Counted from the first letter of the stretch, positions 1 through 8,530 are shown. The stretch is 32,000 nucleotides of DNA from Pseudidiomarina andamanensis (GCF_009734345.1 NZ_CP032551.1:360001-392000), one strand, 5' to 3'. Notes: generated by a model from the sequence alone, not told the origin. Made by a program: numbers and translations.

Positions 1-522
1 TTAAACCGTTTTGAATTTCACCAAGCGCGCTAGCAGAACAGCAACACCGATTATGGTGTAGGTTGCAAAGATAACCTGCATCCAACCTGGCATGCTTAAG
101 CCGATAAACTGCCAGTCAATTTCCCCACATTGCCCAGGGGCAGCAAAGAAATTCGGAAACCATTCATGCAGCGGCATCCAGCTAGGAAAGTTTGGGAAGG
201 TGTCGCAAACAATAAACCATGAGTTTTCTGAGTTTTGAATTTCGAGATGCTCGCGCGCAATCAGCCAGCCCCAAATAGAAGCCACTAACCAACCCGCAAA
301 ACCCAGCACTCGCGTGATCAGTAATTGCGGTGCGAATAGCGGAATTAATGCGGCTAAACCAATGGCTAGCACGGCGGTGCGTTGATAAATACATTTTACA
401 CAGGGCTCTAAGCCAAGTTGATATTGAAAAAATAAAGCCGCAGCTAACAATGCAAAGCATGACGCTGAAAGAATTGCCCAGGCCTTTCGTTGTGCCGGGA
501 GTTTGGCTAAAAAAGTTACCAT
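1..522 (-). CDS. dsbB: Disulfide bond formation protein B (DsbB)
   Basis: 173-aa ORF with stop TAA at 1-3. It has four hydrophobic segments, a first-loop CxxC (LEPCVKCIYQR) and a second Cys pair (IVCDTF...GQCGEIDW), as in gammaproteobacterial DsbB. It lies near fadR, as in E. coli. Confidence 0.9.
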   Translation of the reverse strand: MVTFLAKLPAQRKAWAILSASCFALLAAALFFQYQLGLEPCVKCIYQRTAVLAIGLAALIPLFAPQLLITRVLGFAGWLVASIWGWLIAREHLEIQNSENSWFIVCDTFPNFPSWMPLHEWFPNFFAAPGQCGEIDWQFIGLSMPGWMQVIFATYTIIGVAVLLARLVKFKTV

Positions 523-608
523 AAAATCACCGCCTTATAATTATTTGCCAAGAACGATACCTGAGCCTAAATTGATTGTCGATAAGATTGGGTTAAGAAG
601 CTTTACAA

Positions 609-641
609 AACTTGTCCGACCATTGAAAAGACTGGTAGAAT
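609..641 (+). promoter_or_regulatory. Putative fadR promoter (-35 TTGTCC 612-617, 18-nt spacer, -10 TAGAAT 636-641) overlapped by a FadR-operator-like sequence (AACTTGTCCGACCATTG, 609-625)
   Basis: The 17-mer matches about 13/17 positions of the E. coli FadR operator consensus as I remember it (AnCTGGTCnGACnTGTT; fadL site CTGGTCCGACC). It lies about 85-100 nt upstream of the fadR ATG. Confidence 0.3.
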
Positions 642-708
642 CAAGCAACTGATTATAACAAATAGTAACCCTACATTAGGTAACGTTATTCAAAATACAG
701 GCCACTTC

Positions 709-1419
709 ATGATTATTAAGGCACAAAGTCCAGCAGGTTTTGCCGAGGAATATATCGTAAAATCAATCTGGAACGGGCATTTTGCACCCGGCACTATCTT
801 ACCAGCAGAGCGTGAGTTGTCCGAGCTGATTGGTGTTACCCGTACGACCTTGCGCGAAGTGTTGCAGCGTCTTGCCCGAGATGGTTGGTTAACTATTCAG
901 CACGGCAAGCCAACGCGCGTCAACAATTTCTGGGAAACCTCAGGTCTGAATATCCTCGAAACGTTAGCGCGCCTTGATGAAGATGGCATGCCAGAATTGG
1001 TCGATCAGTTATTGTCTGCTCGCACCAATATTAGTGCTATCTATATTCGTCAAGCGGTTCGCAATGCACCAGAGAAGGTTGTCGAGTTATTGAAAGAAGC
1101 CGAGTCACTCGAAGACTCAGCTGAAGCCTTTAGCCAGTACGATTACCGTTTGAATCACGATTTAGCGCTGGCATCGGGCAATCCAATCTACGTATTGGTA
1201 TTGAACGGTTTCAAAGGATTGTATTCGCGCATCGGTAACTTCTATTTCTCTAACGCGGATGCTCGTAAATTGGCACGTAAATACTACGCAGACCTCAGTG
1301 AAATGGCCGCCGATTCGCGTCGTGATGATGCGGTATTACTGGTTCGTGAGTATGGTTACCAGTCTGGCCGTATTTGGCACGGCATGCGTGGTGATATTCC
1401 TGCTAACCTAGTTGAGTAA
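709..1419 (+). CDS. fadR: Fatty-acid metabolism regulator FadR (GntR family)
   Basis: 236 aa. The N-terminal GntR winged helix ([44 protein letters not shown]) closely resembles E. coli FadR. Its length matches the short, non-Vibrio FadR form. Confidence 0.92.
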   Translation: MIIKAQSPAGFAEEYIVKSIWNGHFAPGTILPAERELSELIGVTRTTLREVLQRLARDGWLTIQHGKPTRVNNFWETSGLNILETLARLDEDGMPELVDQLLSARTNISAIYIRQAVRNAPEKVVELLKEAESLEDSAEAFSQYDYRLNHDLALASGNPIYVLVLNGFKGLYSRIGNFYFSNADARKLARKYYADLSEMAADSRRDDAVLLVREYGYQSGRIWHGMRGDIPANLVE

Positions 1420-1444
1420 AGTTGAATAAAGTCGATTAAAGAAG

Positions 1445-1472
1445 TTGTCGAGTAACAGGCGTTACTCGACAA
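1445..1472. terminator. Perfect 12-bp hairpin between convergent fadR and the OYE gene (possible bidirectional terminator)
   Basis: TTGTCGAGTAAC (1445-1456), loop AGGC, GTTACTCGACAA (1461-1472). There is no strong T-run on the plus side and only a modest T-rich tract on the minus side. Confidence 0.5.
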
Positions 1473-1486
1473 GCCTTCATTCCGAT

Positions 1487-2563
1487 TTATTCGACGCCTT
1501 GTTGAGCACGCCACTTCCACTCGTTTTCCAACGTGGCTTTTGGTAATAACATTTGAAAATCCAAATCAGCCAAGGTGTCACCTGCTTTAAAACGCTCCGG
1601 GAAGTCTGGGTTCGCTAACGCTTTTTTACCTAACGCCAGCAGTGCATTTGGGAATTGCGCGGCGTAGTCTGCGTAGTTGGTCTCATCAATACCGCCATTG
1701 ATAATCAAACCAACGTTCGTTTCAGCCGCAACCACCTCGGCCAGTGTCTTCTTACTGTTATCAGCAAAGGGCTTGCGGTCAACTGTGGTGTCCGTGGTAT
1801 GAATAAAATCAACGCCGGCATCGGTTAACACACGCACTAACTTCACCGCAGCAGCTTCGCCTTCAGGCCATTGATAGTCATTGTCAGTGACCGTGATTTG
1901 CCCAATTCGGATGCCGACGACAAAGTTGTCACTGACGGCGTTTCGAACAGCACGAACCACGCGTTCAACAAACGCGATTCGCTTGTCGAGCGAACCACCG
2001 AATTCATCGTCACGTTGATTAAAGTGCGTGCTCAAAAATTCATTCAATAAGTAACCATTCGCAGCATGTAATTCAACACCATCAAACCCAATTTCTTCGG
2101 CTCTTTTCGCTGAAGCGACAAAGCTATTTAAGGCATGCTCAAGATCGCTGAGAGATGCTTCTTTTGGGGTCAACCAACCCGGCACATCGCCGTATAAACT
2201 TAACGGCTCACCTTTCGGTTGTACGGCACTTGGTGCGATTGGTTGATCAACGAAATTGCTGTGCTGCATTTGTGCACCGGCATGCATGAGCTGCATGATG
2301 GCTTTGCTACCGGCGGCATGAATACGCTCGACAATGCTTCGCCAGGCGTCAGCCTGTGCCGCATTAATGATACCAGGTTGGTTCACGTAGCCTTGTGAGG
2401 CGCGATCATCGGTGTAAACACCTTCGGTGATGATCAATCCGAAACCACCTTTGGCGAAACGCTCGTAGTAATCGCCCATCAATTCAGTTGGAACACCGTG
2501 CTCATCAGCACTGGTACGCGTCATTGGTGCGACTGTAAAACGATTAGATACATCAATAAACAT
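1487..2563 (-). CDS. NADH:flavin oxidoreductase, Old Yellow Enzyme family (NemA/NamA-like)
   Basis: 358 aa. It carries APMTR near the N-terminus and the OYE active-site block ELHAANGYLLNEFLSTHFNQRDDEFGGS. Confidence 0.85.
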   Translation of the reverse strand: MFIDVSNRFTVAPMTRTSADEHGVPTELMGDYYERFAKGGFGLIITEGVYTDDRASQGYVNQPGIINAAQADAWRSIVERIHAAGSKAIMQLMHAGAQMQHSNFVDQPIAPSAVQPKGEPLSLYGDVPGWLTPKEASLSDLEHALNSFVASAKRAEEIGFDGVELHAANGYLLNEFLSTHFNQRDDEFGGSLDKRIAFVERVVRAVRNAVSDNFVVGIRIGQITVTDNDYQWPEGEAAAVKLVRVLTDAGVDFIHTTDTTVDRKPFADNSKKTLAEVVAAETNVGLIINGGIDETNYADYAAQFPNALLALGKKALANPDFPERFKAGDTLADLDFQMLLPKATLENEWKWRAQQGVE

Positions 2564-2646
2564 AAGCCCTCACTTTGATAAAAGTATAACTATGCAGTGG
2601 GGGTGATTACGTCATTTTCAAGTGATTTGATCAGCAGGGAGGCAAT

Positions 2647-2683
2647 AAAAAACGGCCAAACCGCACGCGATTTGGCCGTTTTT
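2647..2683 (-). terminator. Rho-independent terminator downstream of sodB
   Basis: Stem CGGCCAAA (2653-2660) pairs with TTTGGCCG (2671-2678). It is flanked by an A-run (2647-2652) and a T-run (2679-2683). On the minus strand the hairpin is followed by TTTTTTATT, 13 nt after the sodB stop. Confidence 0.8.
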
Positions 2684-2695
2684 GAAGATTCAGAC

Positions 2696-3277
2696 TTACG
2701 CGAAGTTTTTCGCGACGAAGTCCCAGTTTACCAAGTTCCAGAACGCGTTTAAGTAGTTTGGACGCGCGTTACGGTAATCGATGTAGTAAGCGTGTTCCCA
2801 AACGTCAACGGTCATGATTGGCGTGACTGAAGAATCAGTTAGCGGGGTTTCAGCGTTGCTGGTGTTCACGATTGCAACTGAACCGTCAGCTTTTTTCACC
2901 AACCAAGTCCAGCCAGAACCGAAGTTGCCAGCTGCTTGCGCACTGAACTCTTCTTTGAACTTGTCGAATGAACCGAATGCCGCGTTAATTGCGTCAGCAA
3001 CCGCACCAGTAGGCGCACCGCCGCCATTTGGGCTTAAGCAATGCCAGTAGAACGTGTGGTTCCAAACTTGAGCTGCGTTGTTAAATACGCCGCCTTTAGA
3101 AGTTTTGATAATATCTTCGAGTGACTTGCCTTCCATATCGGTGCCTTTTACCGCGTCGTTCAGCTTGGTCACGTAAGTTTGGTGATGTTTACCATAGTGA
3201 TACTCAATGGTCTCTGCTGAAATATGTGGCTCAAGTGCATTTTTCTCGTAAGGCAATGCTGGTAATTCAAATGCCAT
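2696..3277 (-). CDS. sodB: Superoxide dismutase [Fe]
   Basis: 193 aa. It starts [35 protein letters not shown] and carries the metal-ligand blocks [11 protein letters not shown] and [11 protein letters not shown], which is Fe-type SOD sequence character. Confidence 0.95.
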   Translation of the reverse strand: MAFELPALPYEKNALEPHISAETIEYHYGKHHQTYVTKLNDAVKGTDMEGKSLEDIIKTSKGGVFNNAAQVWNHTFYWHCLSPNGGGAPTGAVADAINAAFGSFDKFKEEFSAQAAGNFGSGWTWLVKKADGSVAIVNTSNAETPLTDSSVTPIMTVDVWEHAYYIDYRNARPNYLNAFWNLVNWDFVAKNFA

Positions 3278-3461
3278 GTCGACTCTCCGTTGTTGTTGAG
3301 AAATGAGTGTATTGTACGTTTAATTGTTTGTTTCGAATTCTGGCTATTTTACCATTGAATTCAAAACTTGCCGTCACTATATAGTGAAATTGTGGCACAA
3401 AAGTTTATTTCAAGGGTTAACTTTACCCTAAAGTATAACTTCTTTATGACGGTTTCGCGTA

Positions 3462-3490
3462 CTGAATGTGTTTTATGAACATGGTATAAT
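3462..3490 (+). promoter_or_regulatory. Putative grxD promoter with extended -10 (TGgTATAAT)
   Basis: TG at 3482-3483 and TATAAT at 3485-3490, about 37 nt upstream of the grxD ATG. The -35 hexamer is weak (CTGAAT, 3462-3467). Confidence 0.5.
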
Positions 3491-3526
3491 GCGCGCCGTT
3501 AGAAACGCTCATTACCTGAGGTAGTC

Positions 3527-3865
3527 ATGGAAACTGTTGAAAAAATTAAGCAACAGATCGCAGAAAATCCGATTCTGTTGTACATGAAAGGTTCACCGAA
3601 GTTGCCAAGCTGTGGCTTCTCATCGCAAGCTTCACAAGCTCTCATGAGCTGTGGCCAAGCCTTCGCGTATGTGGATATACTGCAAAATCCAGATATCCGT
3701 GCTGAATTGCCGAAATTTGCTGATTGGCCAACGTTCCCACAATTGTGGGTTGAAGGCGAATTAGTTGGTGGTTGTGACATTATTTTGGAAATGTTCCAAA
3801 AAGGCGAATTACAAGAATTAATTAACGAAGTTGCTGCGCGTCATCCGGCGCCAGAAGCTGAATAA
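3527..3865 (+). CDS. grxD: Monothiol glutaredoxin (Grx4 family)
   Basis: 112 aa with the CGFS active site in LYMKGSPKLPSCGFSSQA, and FPQLWVEGELVGGCDI. Confidence 0.93.
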   Translation: METVEKIKQQIAENPILLYMKGSPKLPSCGFSSQASQALMSCGQAFAYVDILQNPDIRAELPKFADWPTFPQLWVEGELVGGCDIILEMFQKGELQELINEVAARHPAPEAE

Positions 3866-3892
3866 ACTTAAACAACTAAATGGAGATTAACC

Positions 3893-4498
3893 ATGGGTGT
3901 ATTAGTAGGTCGTAAGGCTCCTAACTTCACTGCAGCTGCCGTACTTGGTACTGGCGAAATTGTTGAAAACTTTAACTTGCACGAGCAAATTAAAGGCAAG
4001 AAAGCTGTTGTTTTCTTCTATCCATTAGACTTCACGTTCGTTTGTCCTTCTGAATTGATCGCATTTGATCACCGTTTAGAAGAGTTCAAGAAGCGTGGCG
4101 TTGAAGTAATCGGTGTTTCTATCGATTCACAATTCACGCATAACGCATGGCGAAACACTGCTGAAGCAGACGGTGGTATCGGTCAAGTGAAATATCCATT
4201 GGTTGCTGACGTGAAACACTCAATCTGCCGTGCTTATGACGTTGAGCATCCAGAAGCTGGCGTTGCTTTCCGTGCATCGTTCTTGATTGACGAAGACGGT
4301 TTAGTTCGTCACCAAATCGTGAACGACTTACCATTAGGTCGTAACATTGACGAAATGATTCGTTTGGTTGACGCGTTGAACTTCCACCAGAAGCACGGCG
4401 ATGTATGTCCGGCTGGTTGGAAAGAAGGTGATGAAGGTATGAAGGCTGATCCTAAGGGTGTTGCTGATTACCTGTCTAAGAACGCTAGCAAGCTGTAA
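3893..4498 (+). CDS. Typical 2-Cys peroxiredoxin (AhpC/Tsa family)
   Basis: 201 aa. The peroxidatic Cys sits in FFYPLDFTFVCPSE and the resolving Cys in GDVCPAGW. It starts 27 nt after grxD and has an RBS (TGGAGA), so it is probably co-transcribed. Confidence 0.9.
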   Translation: MGVLVGRKAPNFTAAAVLGTGEIVENFNLHEQIKGKKAVVFFYPLDFTFVCPSELIAFDHRLEEFKKRGVEVIGVSIDSQFTHNAWRNTAEADGGIGQVKYPLVADVKHSICRAYDVEHPEAGVAFRASFLIDEDGLVRHQIVNDLPLGRNIDEMIRLVDALNFHQKHGDVCPAGWKEGDEGMKADPKGVADYLSKNASKL

Positions 4499-4521
4499 AG
4501 ACGAAAAGAGTTATTGGCTAA

Positions 4522-4538
4522 TCGTTATTCGTTATTCG
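4522..4538. repeat. Partial copy of the TCGTTAT heptamer-array element
   Basis: TCGTTAT TCGTTAT TCG lies just after the peroxiredoxin stop. TCGTTATTCGTTATT (4522-4536) is an exact reverse-complement match to 21795-21809. Confidence 0.5.
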
Positions 4539-4563
4539 GAAAACGAAACAATAAAGAACAAGA

Positions 4564-4587
4564 GGTCGCCTTCGGGCGGCCTTTTTT
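4564..4587 (+). terminator. Rho-independent terminator after the peroxiredoxin gene
   Basis: GGTCGCC (4564-4570), loop TTCG, GGCGGCC (4575-4581), then TTTTTT (4582-4587). Confidence 0.85.
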
Positions 4588-4756
4588 ATTTCTAAAAAAT
4601 GTCATTGAAAATTAATAAAGAAATGATTTAATGCGCTCGTTTACTGCAAAGGTTTGGTTAATTAATGATCAGCTGTTCAATTATTGATTAAGCTTTGTTT
4701 GCAATAAATATTCGATGTATACACCAATTATTTATAAAAACTATAAGGGTAAATCG

Positions 4757-7219
4757 ATGAGCGTCTTTTCAAAACAAGGCTTGATAAAACAAAGCCTGCT
4801 CGCGGTCACTTGTTTTTCATTTTTCTCACTTACAGCAATTGCGGCTCCGCCAACCGGTTATTACAACTCGGTTGATCAAAGTAACGCACAAACCTTACAA
4901 CAATCACTTCACGAAATTATTGATGATCACCAACGCTTTCCATATACCTCAAGTAGCACCGATACTTGGGATATTTTAGAAGCGGCCGATGAAGATCCGG
5001 ATAATACGAATAATGTGATCGATGTTTATAAAAACGCCAGTTATGGAAAAGTTGGCGGTGGCAACACACTTTATAATCGCGAACATAGCTGGCCAAAATC
5101 TTATGGGTTTCCGAATGATGGCAGTTCAAATTATGCCTATACCGATGCGCATCATTTGTTTATTTCAGACAGTGGCTATAACTCAAGTCGCAGTAATAAG
5201 CCGTATGCCAATTGCACGACGGCTTGTACTGAAAAGCCAACCGAGTTTAACAATGGGCGAGGTGGCAGCTCAAGCCAATCGAATTGGACGGAAGGATCTT
5301 TTGATGCCGGTACTTGGGAAACCTGGTCAGGGCGTCGCGGTGATGTCGCCCGTGCTCTGATGTACATGGCTGTGCGCTATGAAGGTGGTACGCACGGCGT
5401 GACTGGATTTAGTGAGCCGGATCTGATTCTGACCGATGATCGCAATTTGATTGCTCAATCGAATCAGGGCGCAAACATTTCGGTCGCTTACATGGGTTTG
5501 AAATCAGTCTTGCTGCAATGGCATCAAGAAGACCCTGTGGATGACTTGGAGCGCCGTCGTAACGATATCGTGTATTCATTCCAAGGCAACCGCAATCCGT
5601 TTATTGATCACCCTGAATTCGCAACCTGTGTGTTCGAGAATATCTGTGATGGAAGCTCAGGTGGTGGCGATACCACCGCACCAACGGCACCAAGCTATGT
5701 CAGTGCTTCTGCCGGTAGCGGACTTATTGCCTTAGCTTGGAATCAAAATGCCGAATCAGATCTAGCGGGTTATCATGTTTATCGAAGCACAGTCGCGGGT
5801 AGCGGTTACAGCCGATTGACCAATGCACTTGTTACTTCAGTAGCATATGATGATTACAGCGTTTCAGGTGGCACAACTTATTATTACGTTGTAACGGCAG
5901 TTGATACCTCAGGTAACGAATCGGTATTTAGCAACGAAGCTTTTGCAACCGCAAGCGGCGGAACTCAAGCTGCCAGCGTTTGGATTAATGAAATTCATTA
6001 CGACAATGATGGCACAGATACGGGCGAATTCGTTGAAGTGGCCGGAAGTGCCGGAAGCAATTTAAGTGGGTGGCAACTGGTAGCCTATAACGGTAATGGT
6101 GGAACCGCCTATGCAACCGCTAATTTGAGTGGCGTTTTAGCTGATCAAAGTAATGGATTCGGTACCTTAAACGTTCCAATGAGTGGCTTGCAAAATGGTG
6201 CACCGGATGGTGTAGCGTTAATTGATGCTCAGGGTAATGTGGTGCAGTTCTTAAGTTACGAAGGCGTTATGACGGCAACGGACGGAGCTGCAACTGGACA
6301 ATCATCGCAAGATATTGGCGTTAGTGAAACCAGCACGACACCGGTTGGTTATTCGTTACAGCTTAGTGGCTCGGGCGAGCAATACAGTGATTTCACTTGG
6401 CAAGCCCCTCAGAGCGCAACCGCTGGTAGCGTTAACCTGGGCCAAAGCTTCGTGAGTAGTGCACCGGTCAATGCGGCACCAACAGCTGTATTCAACACTA
6501 CCTGTACCTACCTAGAGTGCCAATTCGATGCCTCTGCCAGCAGCGATTCGGATGGCAGTATTGTCGCCTACAATTGGAATTTTGGCGACGGTACAACAGC
6601 AACAGGCGCATTAATTAATCATACGTTTTCGGCTGCAGGTGAGTACACCGTAACGCTCACTGTTTCCGATGACGCAGGTGCAACTGATCAAAGCGTTGCT
6701 TTAATTAACGTAAGCGCGCCGCCGGTTACCCCAGTTGTTTGGATAAATGAATTTCATTACGACAACAAAGGCGGTGACCGAAACGAATTTGTTGAAGTGG
6801 CCGGTAACTCAGGCAGCGACCTCAGTGGTTGGACTATTGTGGGATACAACGGCAGCAACGGCGAAGTTTACGCGACTGTTGCGCTAGCTGGCGTCATCAG
6901 TAATCAACAGGGTGGCTTCGGCACCTTAGCATTTGATTTCGGTGGCATGCAGAATGGTTCGCCTGATGGTCTCGCATTGATTGATGCTCAAGAACAAGTG
7001 GTGCAGTTTATTAGCTACGAAGGTGTGATGACGGCAACATCGGGCCCAGCGATCGGCATGCAGTCTGAGGCCATCGGTGTTTCTGAAACAACCGATTCAT
7101 CTGCAAACGATTCTCTGCAGCTGAGTGGTTCAGGCTCCCAATACAGCGACTTTTTGTGGCAAAATCCGAGCCGTAGTACCCGAGGAAACCTAAATCAAGG
7201 TCAATCGTTTGGGTTTTAA
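4757..7219 (+). CDS. Secreted multi-domain nuclease: signal peptide, Endonuclease I (EndA/Vvn-like), FN3-like, LTD-like, PKD, LTD-like
   Basis: Endonuclease-I motifs appear in the canonical order: NREHSWPKS, DAHHLFISDSGYNSSRSN, RGDVARALMYM, FQGNRNPFIDHPEF. Two copies of the WINE(I/F)HYDN..G.D..EFVEVAG...LSGW module (lamin-tail-like, as in ExeM/NucH-type nucleases) flank a PKD block (YNWNFGDGTTATG...YTVTLTVSDDAGA). I moved the start to ATG 4757 because an RBS (TAAGGG, 4744-4749) precedes it and the product then begins with a signal peptide, MSVFSKQGLIKQSLLAVTCFSFFSLTAIAAPP. The track ORF starts at 4715. Confidence 0.85.
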   Translation: MSVFSKQGLIKQSLLAVTCFSFFSLTAIAAPPTGYYNSVDQSNAQTLQQSLHEIIDDHQRFPYTSSSTDTWDILEAADEDPDNTNNVIDVYKNASYGKVGGGNTLYNREHSWPKSYGFPNDGSSNYAYTDAHHLFISDSGYNSSRSNKPYANCTTACTEKPTEFNNGRGGSSSQSNWTEGSFDAGTWETWSGRRGDVARALMYMAVRYEGGTHGVTGFSEPDLILTDDRNLIAQSNQGANISVAYMGLKSVLLQWHQEDPVDDLERRRNDIVYSFQGNRNPFIDHPEFATCVFENICDGSSGGGDTTAPTAPSYVSASAGSGLIALAWNQNAESDLAGYHVYRSTVAGSGYSRLTNALVTSVAYDDYSVSGGTTYYYVVTAVDTSGNESVFSNEAFATASGGTQAASVWINEIHYDNDGTDTGEFVEVAGSAGSNLSGWQLVAYNGNGGTAYATANLSGVLADQSNGFGTLNVPMSGLQNGAPDGVALIDAQGNVVQFLSYEGVMTATDGAATGQSSQDIGVSETSTTPVGYSLQLSGSGEQYSDFTWQAPQSATAGSVNLGQSFVSSAPVNAAPTAVFNTTCTYLECQFDASASSDSDGSIVAYNWNFGDGTTATGALINHTFSAAGEYTVTLTVSDDAGATDQSVALINVSAPPVTPVVWINEFHYDNKGGDRNEFVEVAGNSGSDLSGWTIVGYNGSNGEVYATVALAGVISNQQGGFGTLAFDFGGMQNGSPDGLALIDAQEQVVQFISYEGVMTATSGPAIGMQSEAIGVSETTDSSANDSLQLSGSGSQYSDFLWQNPSRSTRGNLNQGQSFGF
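5978..6451 (+). repeat. Intragenic duplicated module, copy 1 (LTD-like domain)
   Basis: About 158 codons, clearly paralogous to 6737-7210. Shared nucleotide strings include GTTGAAGTGGCCGG, GTGGTGCAGTT and ATGACGGCAAC. Both copies end in ...QLSGSG.QYSDF.WQ.....G..N.GQSF. Confidence 0.85.
6737..7210 (+). repeat. Intragenic duplicated module, copy 2 (LTD-like domain)
   Basis: Paralogue of 5978-6451, separated from it by the PKD domain. Confidence 0.85.
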
Positions 7220-7248
7220 GACAGATTCTAGTTTATGAGTACTTCAAA

Positions 7249-7272
7249 GGTCGCCTACTGGCGGCCTTTTTT
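7249..7272 (+). terminator. Rho-independent terminator after the nuclease gene (shared with the convergent GNAT gene)
   Basis: GGTCGCC (7249-7255), loop TACT, GGCGGCC (7260-7266), then TTTTTT (7267-7272). The GNAT stop codon (7271-7273) lies in the T-run. Stem and tail are nearly identical to the terminator at 4564-4587. Confidence 0.85.
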
Positions 7273-7759
7273 ATTCTGAAAAATTGGTAACCATGATGGT
7301 TGTTTGAATACCCATATGATCTGCGGTGTGAAGTTGCTTAAAATTGTGGCCTTCGTAAAGGCTGATATTTTTGGGCTCAGTTTGCAGATATAACTGTTTC
7401 ACGTTTAGTTTTTCTGCGACAGTTTTTGCTTTGTTGATGAGTTTAGATGCAAGACCCAAACCACGATACTGAGGGGCAACAAAAATACCACCAAGCCAGT
7501 AGGTATATTCCGGAAAGTTTTTATTTTCGCGATACTTTAATTCAGCGACGCCGGCAATATGGTCATCAACGAATATTACTAAACTTAAAGGGAGCTGATC
7601 GTTATTTGCGGTTTTCTTTTGGACGATGTCATGCATGGCTTCGAGCGTCATCGATGCATTATCAGTTCCCCATTCATCGTAGTACCACTTGGCAATAATA
7701 GTTGATAATTCAGGCGCTTCCGATAAAAACTTAATAGTAATCTTTCTACTGTCGTTCAT
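7271..7759 (-). CDS. GNAT-family N-acetyltransferase
   Basis: 162 aa with an acetyl-CoA binding block, IFVAPQYRGLGLASKLINKA (Q/RxxGxG/A motif). It lies 6 nt downstream of the racemase gene. Confidence 0.8.
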   Translation of the reverse strand: MNDSRKITIKFLSEAPELSTIIAKWYYDEWGTDNASMTLEAMHDIVQKKTANNDQLPLSLVIFVDDHIAGVAELKYRENKNFPEYTYWLGGIFVAPQYRGLGLASKLINKAKTVAEKLNVKQLYLQTEPKNISLYEGHNFKQLHTADHMGIQTTIMVTNFSE

Positions 7760-7765
7760 GATGCT

Positions 7766-8455
7766 CTAACTTAGCGCGAATTTGACGGCCTGATCAGCGT
7801 GTATTTCGGTTGTGTCGTAGAGTTTTATTTTTGTATCAGCCTGACTGATGAGTAACCCGATTTCCGTGCAGCCTAAAATGATGGCATCAGCGCCATATTC
7901 GGCAAGCTTGTTGATGATATTTAAGTAATCTGTTTTTGATTGCGGCACTGCTTTGCCCAAGCAGAGCTCTTTGAAAATTACTTCGTGAATACGGTTTCTT
8001 TCTCTTAGCTCAGGAACAACGACGCAAATACCATGTGACTCGAGTCGGTCGCGATAGAAGTCTTGTTCCATCGTGAATTTGGTGCCAAGAAGACCGACGG
8101 TGGTGATATTGTCTACTTGCAGTGCAGCCGCTGTTGCATCGGCAATGTGGAGTAGGGGAATGTTTACCGCGAGCTCAATTTCTGGCGATACTTTGTGCAT
8201 CGTATTGGTTGCCAGCACAATAAAGTCTGCGCCGGCCGTTTCAAGCGCTTGCGCTGCTTCCGCCAGTATATCTGCCGTGCCAGCCCAATCGCCGGCGTGT
8301 TGTAAGGGTTCTATTTCGGCGAAATCGACGCTATAAAGAATGACTTTAGCTGAATGCAATCCGCCAAGCTGCTCGCGCACTTTCTGGTTAATCAACCGAT
8401 AGTACGTTTGGGTGGATTCCCAACTCATACCGCCGATAATTCCAATCGTTTTCAT
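7766..8455 (-). CDS. ygeA: Asp/Glu/hydantoin racemase family, YgeA-like amino-acid racemase
   Basis: 229 aa. MKTIGIIGGMSWESTQTYYRLIN, LATNTMHK and GCTEIGLL align closely with E. coli YgeA as I recall it, which uses a Thr/Cys catalytic pair. Confidence 0.8.
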   Translation of the reverse strand: MKTIGIIGGMSWESTQTYYRLINQKVREQLGGLHSAKVILYSVDFAEIEPLQHAGDWAGTADILAEAAQALETAGADFIVLATNTMHKVSPEIELAVNIPLLHIADATAAALQVDNITTVGLLGTKFTMEQDFYRDRLESHGICVVVPELRERNRIHEVIFKELCLGKAVPQSKTDYLNIINKLAEYGADAIILGCTEIGLLISQADTKIKLYDTTEIHADQAVKFALS

Positions 8456-8530
8456 GCGTCCTTATCCCCTTACACTTGTGCGCTTACTAATGAAGCGTTA
8501 AATTCAATCACGCACTAAGGAATTTATAGC

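Noticed and set aside
182-524. Small ORFs inside or antisense to dsbB (92 aa on the minus strand in an alternative frame, 64 aa on the plus strand). Comparable nested ORFs lie in sodB, the nuclease, the racemase, the GGDEF gene, rnt, nth, rnfE/G/D and the deaminase (for example 18063-18380).
   Set aside because: All are nested in confidently identified genes, and none has an RBS or a recognisable motif. They are treated as frame shadows.
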